From: Octopus sinensis
Taxonomy: Eukaryota
Length of the DNA stretch: 64,000 nucleotides
Assembly (NCBI RefSeq): GCF_006345805.1
Contig: NC_043013.1
Location: 41,292,001-41,356,000 of the forward strand
Direction of reading: 5' to 3'
Below, piece by piece: positions 27,051 through 39,885 of this stretch (the first letter of the stretch is position 1; every line of letters begins with the position of its first letter). A model generated the notes under the pieces. That model ran no database searches, was not told where the DNA came from, and was given only the letters and a program-made list of their open reading frames with translations. A program made the position numbers and the translations under genes.

Positions 27051-28188
27051 CCGGCCCACAGCTACGCACACGACAACATCTAAATTTGATATTTACATTG
27101 TTACAAGGCTTTGATCAAAGATCTTGTCAATGAGTATATTTTTGTCAAAAATTTTTTTTCTATAGAGACCTATGGGAAGCAACCGTCATTATACATTGCT
27201 GGATTTCTTAATATATATGCATGAATGTATGTACATATGTATGCACCTATTACTTCTGTATGTATGTATATATATGCGTGTGTGTTTGGTATATATATAT
27301 ATATGTAATATAATATAATATACACACACATACACGCAAGCTTACATACATTCATACATACAAGCATACATACATACATGCATACATACTAAATACATAC
27401 ATACATACATACATGCATGCATAAATATGTCTTTCATAACAAAAAACAACTGCAGTATCACTCAGCCCGGGCCAGCATATCTGAGAAGAACTTCATGGCG
27501 CAGAAATACGGGGAAACCTGATAGGCAGACGTCTTCAAGTTGCTGAAAGATGGGACGCAAATCCAAGCTTAGAGGGAAGAAGTGAAAAAGTTAAACTTTG
27601 ATTCGAGACATTGTACAAATACATACAAGTTGGTGGATTGCGCTAATGACATGCTAGATTCAGAAGATGGTGCTAAAGCCTACCATCCAACACGCCTCCA
27701 CACAGTTTCCGTTTATCGAAATTCATTCACAAGGTTTTCAACACTTTTCACCAGAAGTGAAATCGAGCCGGAAAACACATGTTGGGAAGCAAACGTCTTA
27801 AATAAGAAAGCTATGCATTAAAGAGTGTAAGCTTAATGAATACAAAATCAATAGGGTACCCGTGTTATCATAAAACGAGAGCGTGTTAATAAAGCTGATA
27901 TCTAAGGAAGGCATCGACATGGCATTCCATATAATTAGTATTTTTTCATATTTTATCTTTTACTTATACCAGTCATTGGATTGCGACGATGTTGGGGCAT
28001 GCCTCGCCTCGGAAAGGGTTTTAGGCGAAGTAATCGTCCTTAGTACTTTTTTATGCCCGGTAATTCTCTATCGGATTCTTTGGCCGAACTGCTAAGTTAC
28101 GGGGACGTAAACAAATCAACAACGGTTGCAATTGGTGGCGGTAGCCAAATAGCAGGACACCCCCATATATATATATATATATATATAA

Positions 28189-28737
28189 TAAATCTCTGAG
28201 CGAGGTATAAACAGTAGCTGCAACACATCGTGAAGTATTTTTGCCACTTAAATGTGGCTAACCCCTAAGGTTGATGCTACTGTAGCCCCAGGAGGACACC
28301 TCCTCTAGCTGGCTATTGACACACTTTCTGTGCCCTATCAGTATTTGCAAAGGGAAGCTATCCTTCCCGTCTTCAGCCTATGATACGCACGGACTCGAGT
28401 TTCTGGGTATTGACCGGTCATCAACGTGTGACAATCACGAGTTGTCGATGAAATGTAGGCCTTCCTTTGCAAATATATATCCTTTTTCCAGTGACGAAAA
28501 GTCACTGATATCGAAAAAGTGTAAACAAGCAAGACTAAATCTCTGAGTGAGGTATAAACAGTAACATCAACACATCATGAAGTATGTTTTCCACTTAAAT
28601 GTGGCTAACCCCTAAGGGTGGATGGTACTGTAGCTTGTAGCCCCATGAGGACACCTTCTCCAGCTGGCTATTGACACACTTTCAGTGCCCTATAGGTATA
28701 TGCAAGTAGGGTACACAAAGTGTGTCAATAGCCAGCT
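28189..28737 (-). mobile_element. Non-coding partial-tandem element (347-bp period) with hammerhead motif and terminal inversion
   Basis: 28189-28352 is repeated at 28536-28705. HHR-like motif at 28388-28428 (-). 28706-28737 is an inverted copy of 28662-28694. Confidence 0.7.
28388..28428 (-). ncRNA. Minimal type I hammerhead motif, partly degenerate
   Basis: CACG TTGATGA ccGGT-CAAT-ACCca GAAA CTCGAG TC CGTG. 4-bp helix I, C3U change, two mismatches at the base of helix II, palindromic ACTCGAGT. Confidence 0.6.
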
Positions 28738-28807
28738 TCGTTAATCCTATAATCTCGTTGTATCTCACATATATGTATATATATATTATATAATATAGAT
28801 ATTATAG

Positions 28808-28847
<40 letters not shown>

Positions 28848-28869
28848 ATATACTTACAGACCACAGCCT

Positions 28870-29200
28870 GGCACCTTGGGCAAGTACTATAGCCTCGGGC
28901 CGACCAAGCTTTGTGAGTGGATTTGGTAGACGGAAACTGAAAGTCGCCCATCGTATATATATATATATATATATAATATATATATATATATGTGTATGGG
29001 TGTGTGGTGTGTGTGTGTGTGTTGTGTGTGTGTGTGTATGTGTAAGTATGTGTGTGTTGTGTGTGTGTTTACATCCCCGTCATTTAGCGGTTCGGCAAGA
29101 GAGACCGATAGAATAAGTACTAGGCTTACAAAGAATAAGTCCTGGGGTCGATTTGCTCGACTAAAGGCAGTGCTCCAGCATGGCCGCAGTCAAATGGTAA
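28870..29200 (+). mobile_element. SINE family A, 5'-truncated
   Basis: Family consensus from GGCACCTTGGGCAAG onward. Confidence 0.8.
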
Positions 29201-29247
29201 GAAGAGATCAGATTAGTAACTATACTAACAAATAATATATATATATA

Positions 29248-29420
29248 ATTCCAAATTTACAGAAAGACAAAGACTAAGACAGTTGTAGGAAGAACAAGCA
29301 ACTGTTTTAGTTTGGCGCTCAGGGAGAATGGAAAAGTCTTTTACGTTTCGAACCTACGCTCTTTAACAGAAAGGAATGAAGAAATAAATAGACAGAGAAT
29401 GGGAAAAAAGTGTAGAGTTC
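29248..29420 (-). mobile_element. Short dispersed element carrying a variant hammerhead-like motif
   Basis: Homologous to 33390-33575 and 41602-41666. Motif at 29338-29373. Confidence 0.55.
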
Positions 29421-30360
29421 AGTATGTGTGTGTTTGTGTGTGTTTGTGTGTGTGCATGCGTGTGTGTGTTTGTGTGTGTGTGTGTGTTTGTATCTGTGTG
29501 TGTGTGTGTGTGTGTGCGTGTGTGTGTTCCTTGCGGGAGTAGAACACTGGGCATTCTTCGTTGATCCTATCACTGAACAGTGTGTAAGACATACGCAAAT
29601 ATTACGCAGTATAGCGGATTGGTAAAAGCGCACGATTTGTCTGACGTGATCACTCATGCCAGCAATTATGCGCGTTATGTATGCAATTGTATTTTTATAT
29701 GCGTATGCATGAACTTGTGTTGTACAACCTATTAAATTAGCATTTGTTGTCTTTTCGTTTTGTTTATAGAGCAAGATATATGTAATTGCTTACAGCAGTT
29801 TATATGTTTAAGCTAAATGTAGCAGTATGTTGGTATATTTAAATGAGATTATGAAATGCAATTAATAGTGTACATACGTACGCACACAGACACACACACG
29901 TGCATATATTCATGTAAATAAATATATATATATATATATATATGCAGCTATGTATCCATATATACGTACACATACACATATATATTTTTATATATTATAT
30001 TCTGTTGTATTATGTGAACATACATACGTATATATGTGTGTATGTATATAATATATATATATATATAATAATATATATTATTGTATGTATGTCTGTATAT
30101 GTACTATATATATATATATATAGATATATATATAGACATACATATATATGTATATATATATATATACATTATATTTTCACATCTCATATATATGGTAAGT
30201 ATGTATGTATGGATTCATGATATGTATAATATAGTGTATAGACACAAATGACATTTAATATATTGCATAATGAATTTATTATAATATATATATATATATA
30301 TATATATGCATGCATGATCGTATGTATGTACATACATACATAATATACATATATATATAT

Positions 30361-30398
<38 letters not shown>

Positions 30399-32330
30399 TG
30401 CATGATCGTAGTATGTACATACATATCTCTGTATGCACCTATTACTTCTGTATGTATGTATGTATATACATGTGTGTGTGTTTGGTATATATATGTAATA
30501 TAATATAATATACACATACACACTTGCACACATACACGCAAGCTTACATACATGCATACATACATACACACTGATTGACCCCCACTGAAGCAGCAATAGG
30601 AGATAAGTATTACACGATATAACTACAATACCTAAAAGCCAGAGTTGAGCAATTTAAAATATCAACCATTTACACTAGTTCCTGCGGGGTAGAATTTAAA
30701 AGTACTTGTTTCACTTGTTTATACTTTCACTCCCCCGCTATTTCGTTTCCTTTTTTTTATAGAGAAAATTGTTGCTTTGTTTCGTTTCGTTATTCCCGAG
30801 AGATAGACGAATCCTGATATATGACAAATAGCAGATATGCACTGATAAATTCTCCGTATAGTCTTTACAAAAGTACGTGTAACTTTGCCTAAAGTATAAT
30901 ACATTGTTCATAGGTAGTTAATCTAACAACTATAAATACAAATTTGTTGCTCTCCAACGAATTTAAATGAATAACCGCATACGTATTACCATAGGTGTAT
31001 TGGTACACTTAGTGAAAATGTTTTTATATATGGAAAATACATAGCACTTACGCATTTAGGTATTTATAGAGCGATACTAATATATATATACATATATACA
31101 CATATATATATCTATATATGTATATACATATTTATTCATTTATTTATATGTGCATATATAGGTATCTATATATCTCTTTCTCTGTCTCTCTGTCTATATA
31201 TATATATATATATAATATGTGTGTGTGTGTGTATGTATGTATATTAAACTACACACTGTTGAACGTATACCTGCGAGTACGTGTGCCAGTGTACTGGGTG
31301 GAGAGAGGGCAGGGAATGAAAATTGAATAAACGGAGTAAAACCTTTACATTGCATGTGTTGTATGCTTAACTTCACACACAAAATGGCGACGTCCTTTTG
31401 ATGAGAGCGGTGAAAAAATGGGAAGGCGGGTTTCTCCATTAGTATTTGAAATTTGTTTGATTGCTGTAATTGTGGAAATATCAAAGCTTTTAAAATGATG
31501 TACATTAGTACAGATGGAATATTGTCTGCTAATTGTATTTATGTATCTATGTATATCTGTGCGCATGTGTAAAAATGTATATATATATATTTGTATAAAC
31601 TATATGTCTATATTTACATGTGTGCGTGTATTTGTGTGTGTATATGTGTGTATGTCCGTATATGTTTCTGTGTGTCTATATGTGTGTGTCTGTGTATATG
31701 TATATATATATCTATGTGTGTGTGTGTGTGTGTGTGTTTGTGTCTGTGTGTGTGTGCGCGTGTCTGTGCCTATATATATGTGTGTATATATATAATTTGT
31801 CTTATAGAAACGTGTATCTGTTTGAAATTATACTTGTTTGTGCTTGTGTTAGTATGTTGGAATACGATTGCAAGATGAATGCTACTGATTAAACCGCAGT
31901 ACAAATATATATGTATATACAAATATATATATATATATATATAATATATATATATATACTCATATATACTCATATATACTCTAGTGTGTATGTATAAATA
32001 TATGTATGTATGCATGCATATGTGTGTTTTCGTATGTGCATGTATGCACGAGCGTATTTATATATGTATATACTTAGATGGGGAAATGTATGGATGGATG
32101 GTTGAACGTAAATGTATGAGCACGGATCGTCATTTATCGATATTTGAGCTGTAACATAATTTGCAAACACTTAAATCTGACGTTAAGCAAAGATTTGTGT
32201 AATTGACTCAAGTTTCATCCACACTTGTCTATGCCCCTATGCAAATAGATGTTTGTGGACTTTGACAGTGTCATACCGGCGACGTAGATCATAACTATAC
32301 CTGCTACATACATACATACATACATAAAAA

Positions 32331-32655
32331 AGACTCCGCCGGTTACGACGACGAGGGTCCCAGCTGATACGATCAACGGAACAGCTTGCTCGTGAAATTA
32401 ACGTGCAAATGGCTGAGCATTCCACAGACACGTGTACCCTTAACGTAGTTCTCGGGGATAATCAGCGTGACCACAGAGAGTGGACAAGGCTGACCCTTTA
32501 AAATACAAGTACAACTCATTTTTGCCAGCCTGAGTGGACTGGAGCAACGTGAAATAAAGTGTCTTGCTCAAGGACACAACGCGTCGCCGGGAATCGAACT
32601 CACAACCTTACGATCATGAGCCGAATACCCTAACCACTAAGCCACGCGCCCTCAC
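32331..32655 (-). mobile_element. tRNA-derived CORE-like SINE family C, full length
   Basis: TGGCTTAGTGG A box, GTTCGATTC B box, TGTGTCCTTGAGCAAGACACTT CORE-like block, CGTCGTAACCGGCGGAGT tail. Confidence 0.85.
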
Positions 32656-32755
32656 AGACATACATACATACATACATACATACATACATCATACATACAT
32701 ACATACATACATACATACATTACATGCCTGCATGCATACATACATAAATAAATAC

Positions 32756-32786
<31 letters not shown>

Positions 32787-32859
32787 CATACATACATACA
32801 TTACATACATACATACATACATACATACACACACATTCGTATGTACATATGTTCTTTTA

Positions 32860-33083
32860 CATGTTGCAGTCATTTGACGGTGACCATGATGGGGCATGGA
32901 CTTAAGGGGTTTTAGACGAAGAAATCGACCCCAGGACTTGTTTTTTGTAAGTATGGTACTTATTCTATTGTGCTCTTTAGCCGAACCGCGAGTTTACGAG
33001 GACGTAAACACACCAACATCAGTTGGCAAGCGATGGTGCGAAGACAAACACAAACACAAAGTCACACACAGACGCATATTATG

Positions 33084-33116
<33 letters not shown>

Positions 33117-33139
33117 GTGTGTGTCTGTGTCTGTGTCTG

Positions 33140-33213
<74 letters not shown>

Positions 33214-33368
33214 TATATACAACAGGCTCCTTCAGTTTCTGTCAACCAAACCACTCAGAAGGGTTTGATCGGCCCGAGACTATAGACATTTGCCGAAGGC
33301 GCTACGCAGTGGGACTGAACCTGGAACCATGTGGTTGTGGAAGCCAGCTCCTTACCACGCAGCTATGC
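32860..33368 (-). mobile_element. SINE family A with expanded internal (TA)n
   Basis: Reverse complement of the family consensus. Confidence 0.8.
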
Positions 33369-33389
33369 CTACATATATATATATATATA

Positions 33390-33575
33390 GGGAAAGTTTA
33401 CGAAAAAAAAACAAAAGACGAAGACAGGTGGTGTACAAAACAAACATATTTTATTAGTATAACGCTCAGGAATAGAAAAGTCTTTTACGTTTCGAGCCTA
33501 CGCTCTTCTACAGAAAGGTACACAGAAAAAACAAGGCGAGAAAAATATGCGCGTAGTGGCTAACGATCTATCATG
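33390..33575 (-). mobile_element. Short dispersed element with variant hammerhead-like motif at 33482-33517
   Basis: Minus strand CTTT CTGTAGAA GAGC-GTAG-GCTC GAAA CGTA AAAG. Flanked by (TA)n on both sides. Confidence 0.6.
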
Positions 33576-33591
33576 ATATATATATATATAA

Positions 33592-33810
33592 GGCGGCGAG
33601 CTGGTAGAAACTTTAGTACGCCGGGCGAAATTCGTAGCCGTATTTCGTCTGTCGTTGCGTTCCGAGTTCAAATTCCGCCGAGGTCGACTTTGCCTTTCAT
33701 CCTTTCTGGGTCGATAAATTAAGTACCAGTTACGCACTGGGGTCGATGTAATCGACTTAATCCCTTTGTCTGTCCCCTCTGTGTTTAGCCCCTTGTGGGT
33801 AGTAAAGAAA
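33592..33810 (+). mobile_element. SINE family B, full length
   Basis: GGCGGCGAGCTGGTAGAAAC head, GAGTTCAAATTCC B box, GCCTTTCATCCTTTCTGGGTCGATAAATTAAGTACCAG core. Confidence 0.85.
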
Positions 33811-34080
33811 CATATATATATATATATATATATATGGACTGGAAGCATCGTTAGAGCGTTGGGAAGTTACTTTGCAGTGTTTATTTGGTCTCTTTATGTT
33901 CTAAGCTCAAATCTCACTGAGGTCAACATTGCTTTCCATCCATTCGGGGTCAATGAACTAATCTACCAGACAAGTACTGAAGGGCATGATATTGCCGATT
34001 CTTCTCCATTCAAAATTGCTGGCGCTTTGCCTAAATCAGAAACCTTTATTTTTACTACGACGAACAATCACCACCACCAA

Positions 34081-34128
<48 letters not shown>

Positions 34129-34524
34129 AGTTAACCGAGGTGTTTTTGTTTCTACTCCCTCGCCGTCGCTTTGTTATATTAGCAACTATTTTTTATGCTG
34201 TTTTGAAAACTGTACGTGTATCGTCGCATAATAAGCCTGTTAACAAGAAATTGGCTGTGTGTTTTTTTTTTCATCTTTACACGTTCTTTTTCTTAATTTA
34301 TTTACGTGTCGCATAAGCCGATTTCACAAGGCAAGTGAAGTGAATTTAATCGATTTTCACCCCATTTTGAAATGGTAAAAATAAAAATAAAAAATTGTTG
34401 AAAATTTTAAAGACTTTTTTTGTTGGTTTATTTTATGGTTCGACTTAATTCACAATGGTGTCGAGTCAAAAGGCAACGCCCACGTTAAGCAGAAACTAAA
34501 AATCTCGCTTTATTCGCTTTGCGG

Positions 34525-35350
34525 ACTCTTTTACTCTTTACTCTTTTATTATTTTACTTGTTTCAGTCATGTGACTTTGGTCATGCTGGAGCACCGCTTT
34601 TAGTCGAGCAAATCTACCCCAGGACTTGTTCTTTGTAAGCCTTGTATTTATTCTATCGGGCTCTTTTGCCGAACCGCTAAGCATCGGTTGCCAAACGATG
34701 TTTGGGGGGGGGGGGCAAACACAGACACACAAACACATACACACACACATATATATATACATATATACGACGAGCTTCTTTCAGTTTCCGTCTACCAAAT
34801 CCACTCACAAGGCTCTGGTCGGCCCGAGGCTATAGTAGAAGACACTTGCCCAAGGTGCCACGCAGTGGGACTGAACCTGTAACCATGTGGTTCGTAAGCA
34901 AGCTACTTACCACACAGCCACTCCTACACCTATGGACGTGAATTCTTTTATCTTAAGTCATTTACTTGTTCAGTTATTTGACTACGGCCATGCTGGAGAA
35001 CCGCCTTGAAGAGTTCTTTTGTCGAATAAATCGATCTCAGTTCTTATTTTTACTTTAAGCTTGGTGATTATTCTATTGGTCTATTTTGCCGAACCGCTAT
35101 GTTACGGGAACGTAAACACACCAACTCCGGTTGTTAAGCGGTGGTGAGGTACAAACACAAATACAAACACACACACACACAGATATATAGATATACACTA
35201 CAGTCTTCTTTTAGTTTCCGTCTAACAAATCCACTCACAAGGCTTTGTTGAGCCCGAGGCTATAATAGAAGACACTTGACCAACGTGCCACACAGTGGGA
35301 CTGAACCTAGGACCATATAGATGGGGAGGAAGCTTCTTACCACGCAGTCA
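34525..35350 (-). mobile_element. Two tandem SINE family A copies
   Basis: About 34525-34925 and 34945-35350, both reverse complements of the consensus. Confidence 0.85.
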
Positions 35351-35462
35351 CAATAAATAAATAGAAAACATGAACGGACCCAAAGGCTCTGCTTTGCAAC
35401 AGGAAACGTAAATTGTAGAGTAAAAATTTGAGTTTTCGAGCAAATATTGCATTCAGTGGTTT

Positions 35463-35767
35463 GTGAAGGTGCATGGTTTAGTGGTTAGCGCGTTTACCTC
35501 ACGATGGTAAGGTCGTGATTTCCATTCCCGGTGTAAACTTGTGTCTCTGAGCAAGATACTTTACTTCACATTGCTTGCTCGAGTCCACTGAGCTGGCAAA
35601 AATGAGTTGTACCTGTAATCCAAATGCCCAGCCTTGTCACATTCTGTGTCGCGTTGAATCTGCCTGAGACACGTGTCTATGGAGTACTCAGCCATTCGCA
35701 TGGTAATTCCACGTTGATCAGATCGGATCAATTGGAACACTCGTCGTTGTAACTGACGGAGGGCCAG
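35463..35767 (+). mobile_element. SINE family C
   Basis: Homologous to 32331-32655. Confidence 0.8.
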
Positions 35768-36171
35768 TTACTGAGTGGTTTGGAGACCAAGCGAGGTCTC
35801 CAAACCAGAACAATAATATTGATGCTCACAAAGAAACACACCAGTGTTTGTTGAACGAGGGTTGTACAAATTTGCTCAAATATTTGACCTAAATTGCTTT
35901 CGACGTGTGAACTTTGAACATGGTGCTGGTATAGCTGAATGGTTAAAAAGCTCAATTTGTAAAGGAAAAACGGCTGTACTAGTACTACACTACTGCTTTT
36001 CACCTGTGTAGACTAGAGCAAAATGAAGTCAAGTGCTGTGCTCAAGGATACAAACTACCGCTCAGTTAAGGAATCGAACCCACCACCTTATGATAATAAA
36101 CCTATCATATATATAAGCACACGTGCGTACACACATACACACGCTCGCACACACAGTTATATATACTCTTT

Positions 36172-36575
36172 AATCTTTTACTCTTTTACTTGTTTCAGTC
36201 ATTTGACTGTGTCCATGCTAGAGCACCGCCTTTAGTCGAGCAAATCGACCCCAGGACTTATTCTTTGTAAGCTTAGTACTTATTCTATCGGTCTCTTTTG
36301 TCGAACCGCTAAGTTACGAGGATATTAAACACACCAGCATCGGTTGTCAAGCGATGTTGGGGGAACAAACACAGACACACAAACATATACACACACATAT
36401 ATATACATATACACGACGGGCTTCCTTCAGTTTCTGTCTACTAAATCCACTCACAAGGCTTTAGTCGGCCCGAGGCTATAGTAGAAGACACTTGCCTAAG
36501 GTGCCATGTAGTGGGACTGAACCCGGAACCATGTGGTTGGTAAACAAGCTACTTACCACACAGCCATTCCTACGC
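36172..36575 (-). mobile_element. SINE family A, full length
   Basis: Reverse complement of the consensus. Confidence 0.9.
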
Positions 36576-38919
36576 CTACATATAAATGTAATCGACTTAA
36601 CGTCACCCGTAAAACTATTGTCTTTATACTAAAATTTGAAACCAAGCTTTTTAAGGTGGCGACGTGACAGAACCGTTAGCACATGGAACAACGGACAAAA
36701 TCGTTAGTGGCATATCTTCCGATTTTACATCCTTTGTTCAAATGTCACCTGAGGTCGACTTTACTTTTCATCCCTTCGGAGTGGATAAAATAAGTACCAG
36801 CTGAGCACTGGAGTCAATTTAATTGATTTATTCACTCCCCCGAAGTTTCTGGTACTTTGCCAAAATTTGAAACCGTCATTATTTTTATGTTGAGATGGCA
36901 GAATCGTTAGCGTGTCGGAGAAAATGTTTACCTGTATTTCTTGCAGCTCTTTACGTTTCGTGTTCACATTCCAGCTAGATCGATTTTACCTCTCACCGCT
37001 TGGGAATTGAGCATTGAGGTCAATGTAAGCAATTACTTCTCTCCCTTAAAACTGCAGGCCTTGTACCAAAACTAAAAAAGAATTATTTTTGCAGTATTTA
37101 TCATGTGAACGTTTTCCCACTTCAGTACGAGTTAGATCTCTCTGATCCCGATGTGTGTACAGTATATTAAATATTATTGTCTTTTGCGAGTGTGACAAGT
37201 TGTTTGCAGTGTGCTTCTGTGAGATGAAGTGTTTTTATTTATTTATGCATTTATTTATACAACCGACCATTTTATTGTTTGTTTACAAACATTTCATAAT
37301 ATTGCAAAATGAGTTACCGGGCAAGTGCTAGCCGTGTTAGCTGTATCAAATAATATTTCGGATGTGCGAATGTCAATATTATTAAATTATTCTTCAGGCA
37401 ATCATATTCGTTGTAAATATATTGACAGCAGACATTTGGTGATAACTTTACTGACATGTCAACGGTGAATATTATATGGCTGTCTGATTAGTTTGACGTA
37501 ATACATACATATGATGAGCTTCACTTATCTTATCATAACATATCATATCAGAAATATGGCGTAGAAGAAGAAAAATGATTGAAGGAGGAAAGTAGTGAAA
37601 ATATAAAATAAGAGAAAAAGAAAACCGATATGTAAGAAAGAAGGAAATACGACAGGCGTTTGGAAGGAATAGAACAGAAAAGTGAAGTTTATTATTGTCG
37701 ATGATAAATTAAAGTAACAGGAAAATAGGAATGTTTTGTGCATTGGGGCGAGAAAATGGTAGAAAAGTTATATCGTCGGTGGTGGTATGGAAGTGGATTT
37801 GCTCATGCTCTTTACGTTTTGAGTTCAAATTCTGCTGAGCTCCTGTGTTTATTTGTGTTTGTGAAATAAATTGTAATACATAGTAAGTATTTTTCGAGTG
37901 AAATGATATGACGTCAAAGAGAACATACTTTAAAAAAATAGTGGAGTGAACAAAATGGCGTCATGGTTTTCCAAAATACAGACAGTGACAATAACTGCAG
38001 CAGCAGTTAAAATAATAGTAACAGCAACAGTAATAACATTACAGTAATAATATTACAATAATAACAAAAAAAAGTCGTGCTCGTTTCCCTCTCTTTGTCT
38101 CATCTACGCAACTTCAAGTGTTGAATAACGTCTTCTGTTATTTTAAACCGGAATATTGGTAGAGATGCATTTTTGTAAAGGGATGAGGTGGCTTTTGAAT
38201 TGTGCTGCAAGGTAAAATGCTAAATTCTAAAATCTCTCTGGATATCTTGAAAAAGTATTCTACTCATATGATCGCTCTTAAGATTACTATATTCCAGCAA
38301 CATGTTGATGCATCCTACCAGTCTGCAAGCCTGGTTCAGAATTTATAATAATGGTTTCAAATTTTGATGTAAGGCCAGCAATTTCTGGGAATTCTGGGAA
38401 GCGGGTAAGTCGATTACATCGACTCAGTGCTCAACGGGTAGTTATTTTATCGATCCTGAAATGATGAAAGGAAAAGTCGACAGCGGCGGATTTTAGATTC
38501 GGAAGAAATGCTGTTGAGCATTTTGTGCGATGCTGTAACGATTCTGCCAGCTCTCCGCCTTTCAAAGTTTAGAATATTTAATCTATTGGCTGATTGACAA
38601 CGATTATCTCCTGAACCGAAACCTATGGAAATTGAATGGGATAATAAAAAGAAAACCGTAACTTACAATGTCACATTTTAGGATTTAACGGGTAATAAAT
38701 TAAATGTTTGGACACAGGAACTAATCCCAGATTACTATAAGAATTTTGTTGAAAGCAAGCCTGAATAAAAGTGTTAGGTTACTTGTACTAGACAATATAA
38801 CTAATATTTATGCTTTTAACAACTTTTCGCAGTTTTATTATAAAATACAATACATTTTTTTTATTTACAACAAATTATACTATTAAACAATTTTTACTAG
38901 TGTATTTCGATTGTAAATC

Positions 38920-39166
38920 TTAGAGTATCTTAGCCAAGTCAGTCTCATATATCTGATTTCGTGCGGATCTATTGGTCGAACTGCGTTCTGATTGCAGTGG
39001 CTGCGACGACACAGGTGTTAATTTGTATTGGTCTAAGTCGACGGTCTTTCTCCTTGAATTAACATCGGTAGCATGGAGATGAGAGACTTGTACGTAATGG
39101 CAACCGCCAGCCTTCTTCAAAATATCTTGATGTATAAATCTGTAAAGATCCATAATCAACCTTGAC
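38920..39166 (-). CDS. Candidate terminal coding exon (SRLIMDLYRFIHQDILKKAGGCHYVQ...YETDLAKIL*), protein unidentified
   Basis: About 82 open, non-repetitive codons; possible acceptor GATTTTGTAG|G at 39166; TAA at 38922-38920; AATAAA on the minus strand at 38865-38860 and 38839-38834 in AT-rich downstream sequence. Confidence 0.45.
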
Positions 39167-39472
39167 CTACAAAATCTTCCAAAACAGAGTTTACGATTCT
39201 TCTATTTCCAGTTGCTATTGCTCAATCGATAACGGGACCTCTATCGACACCTACCCGAGGCATCGATGTTCCTTACGAGAAATTTCCAATTGCAAGGTTC
39301 TAGCAACGGAAAATAAGGTGTTACGTGGATTATAAGGCATTAGCCTCTTGTTTTATTTATTTCATTCTGTGGAAGGTGGTGAACTTTACTTTCTGAGTTC
39401 AAGTCCCATTGAACTCAGAAGTACCATTAAGGTCAACTTTACTTTTGGGTACGATAAAATAAACTACCAGGC

Positions 39473-39656
39473 GTGGAAGTAGCTGTGTGGTAATAAGCTT
39501 GCTTACGAACCTCATAGATCCGAGTTCACTCCCACTGTGTGGCACTTGGGCAAGTGTCTTCTACTATAGCCTCGAGCTGACCAAAACCTTGTGAGTTGAT
39601 TTGGTAGACGGAAACTGAAAGAAGCCCGTCGTATATATATATATATATATATATAT

Positions 39657-39687
<31 letters not shown>

Positions 39688-39885
39688 CTGTGTTTGCCCC
39701 ACCCCCCATCAACATCGCTTGACAACCGATGCTAGTGTATTTACGTCCCCGTAACTTAGCAAAAGTGACCGATAGAATAAGTACTAGGCTTACAAAGAAT
39801 AAGTCCTGGGGTTGATTTTCTCGATTAAAGGCGGTGCTCCAGCATGGCCACAGTCAAATGACTGAAACAAGTAAAAGAGTAAAAG
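39473..39885 (+). mobile_element. SINE family A, full length
   Basis: Family consensus. Confidence 0.85.

Noticed and set aside
27455-27570. Strong minus-strand polypyrimidine acceptor followed by short open frames
   Set aside because: No convincing donor and no recognisable peptide.
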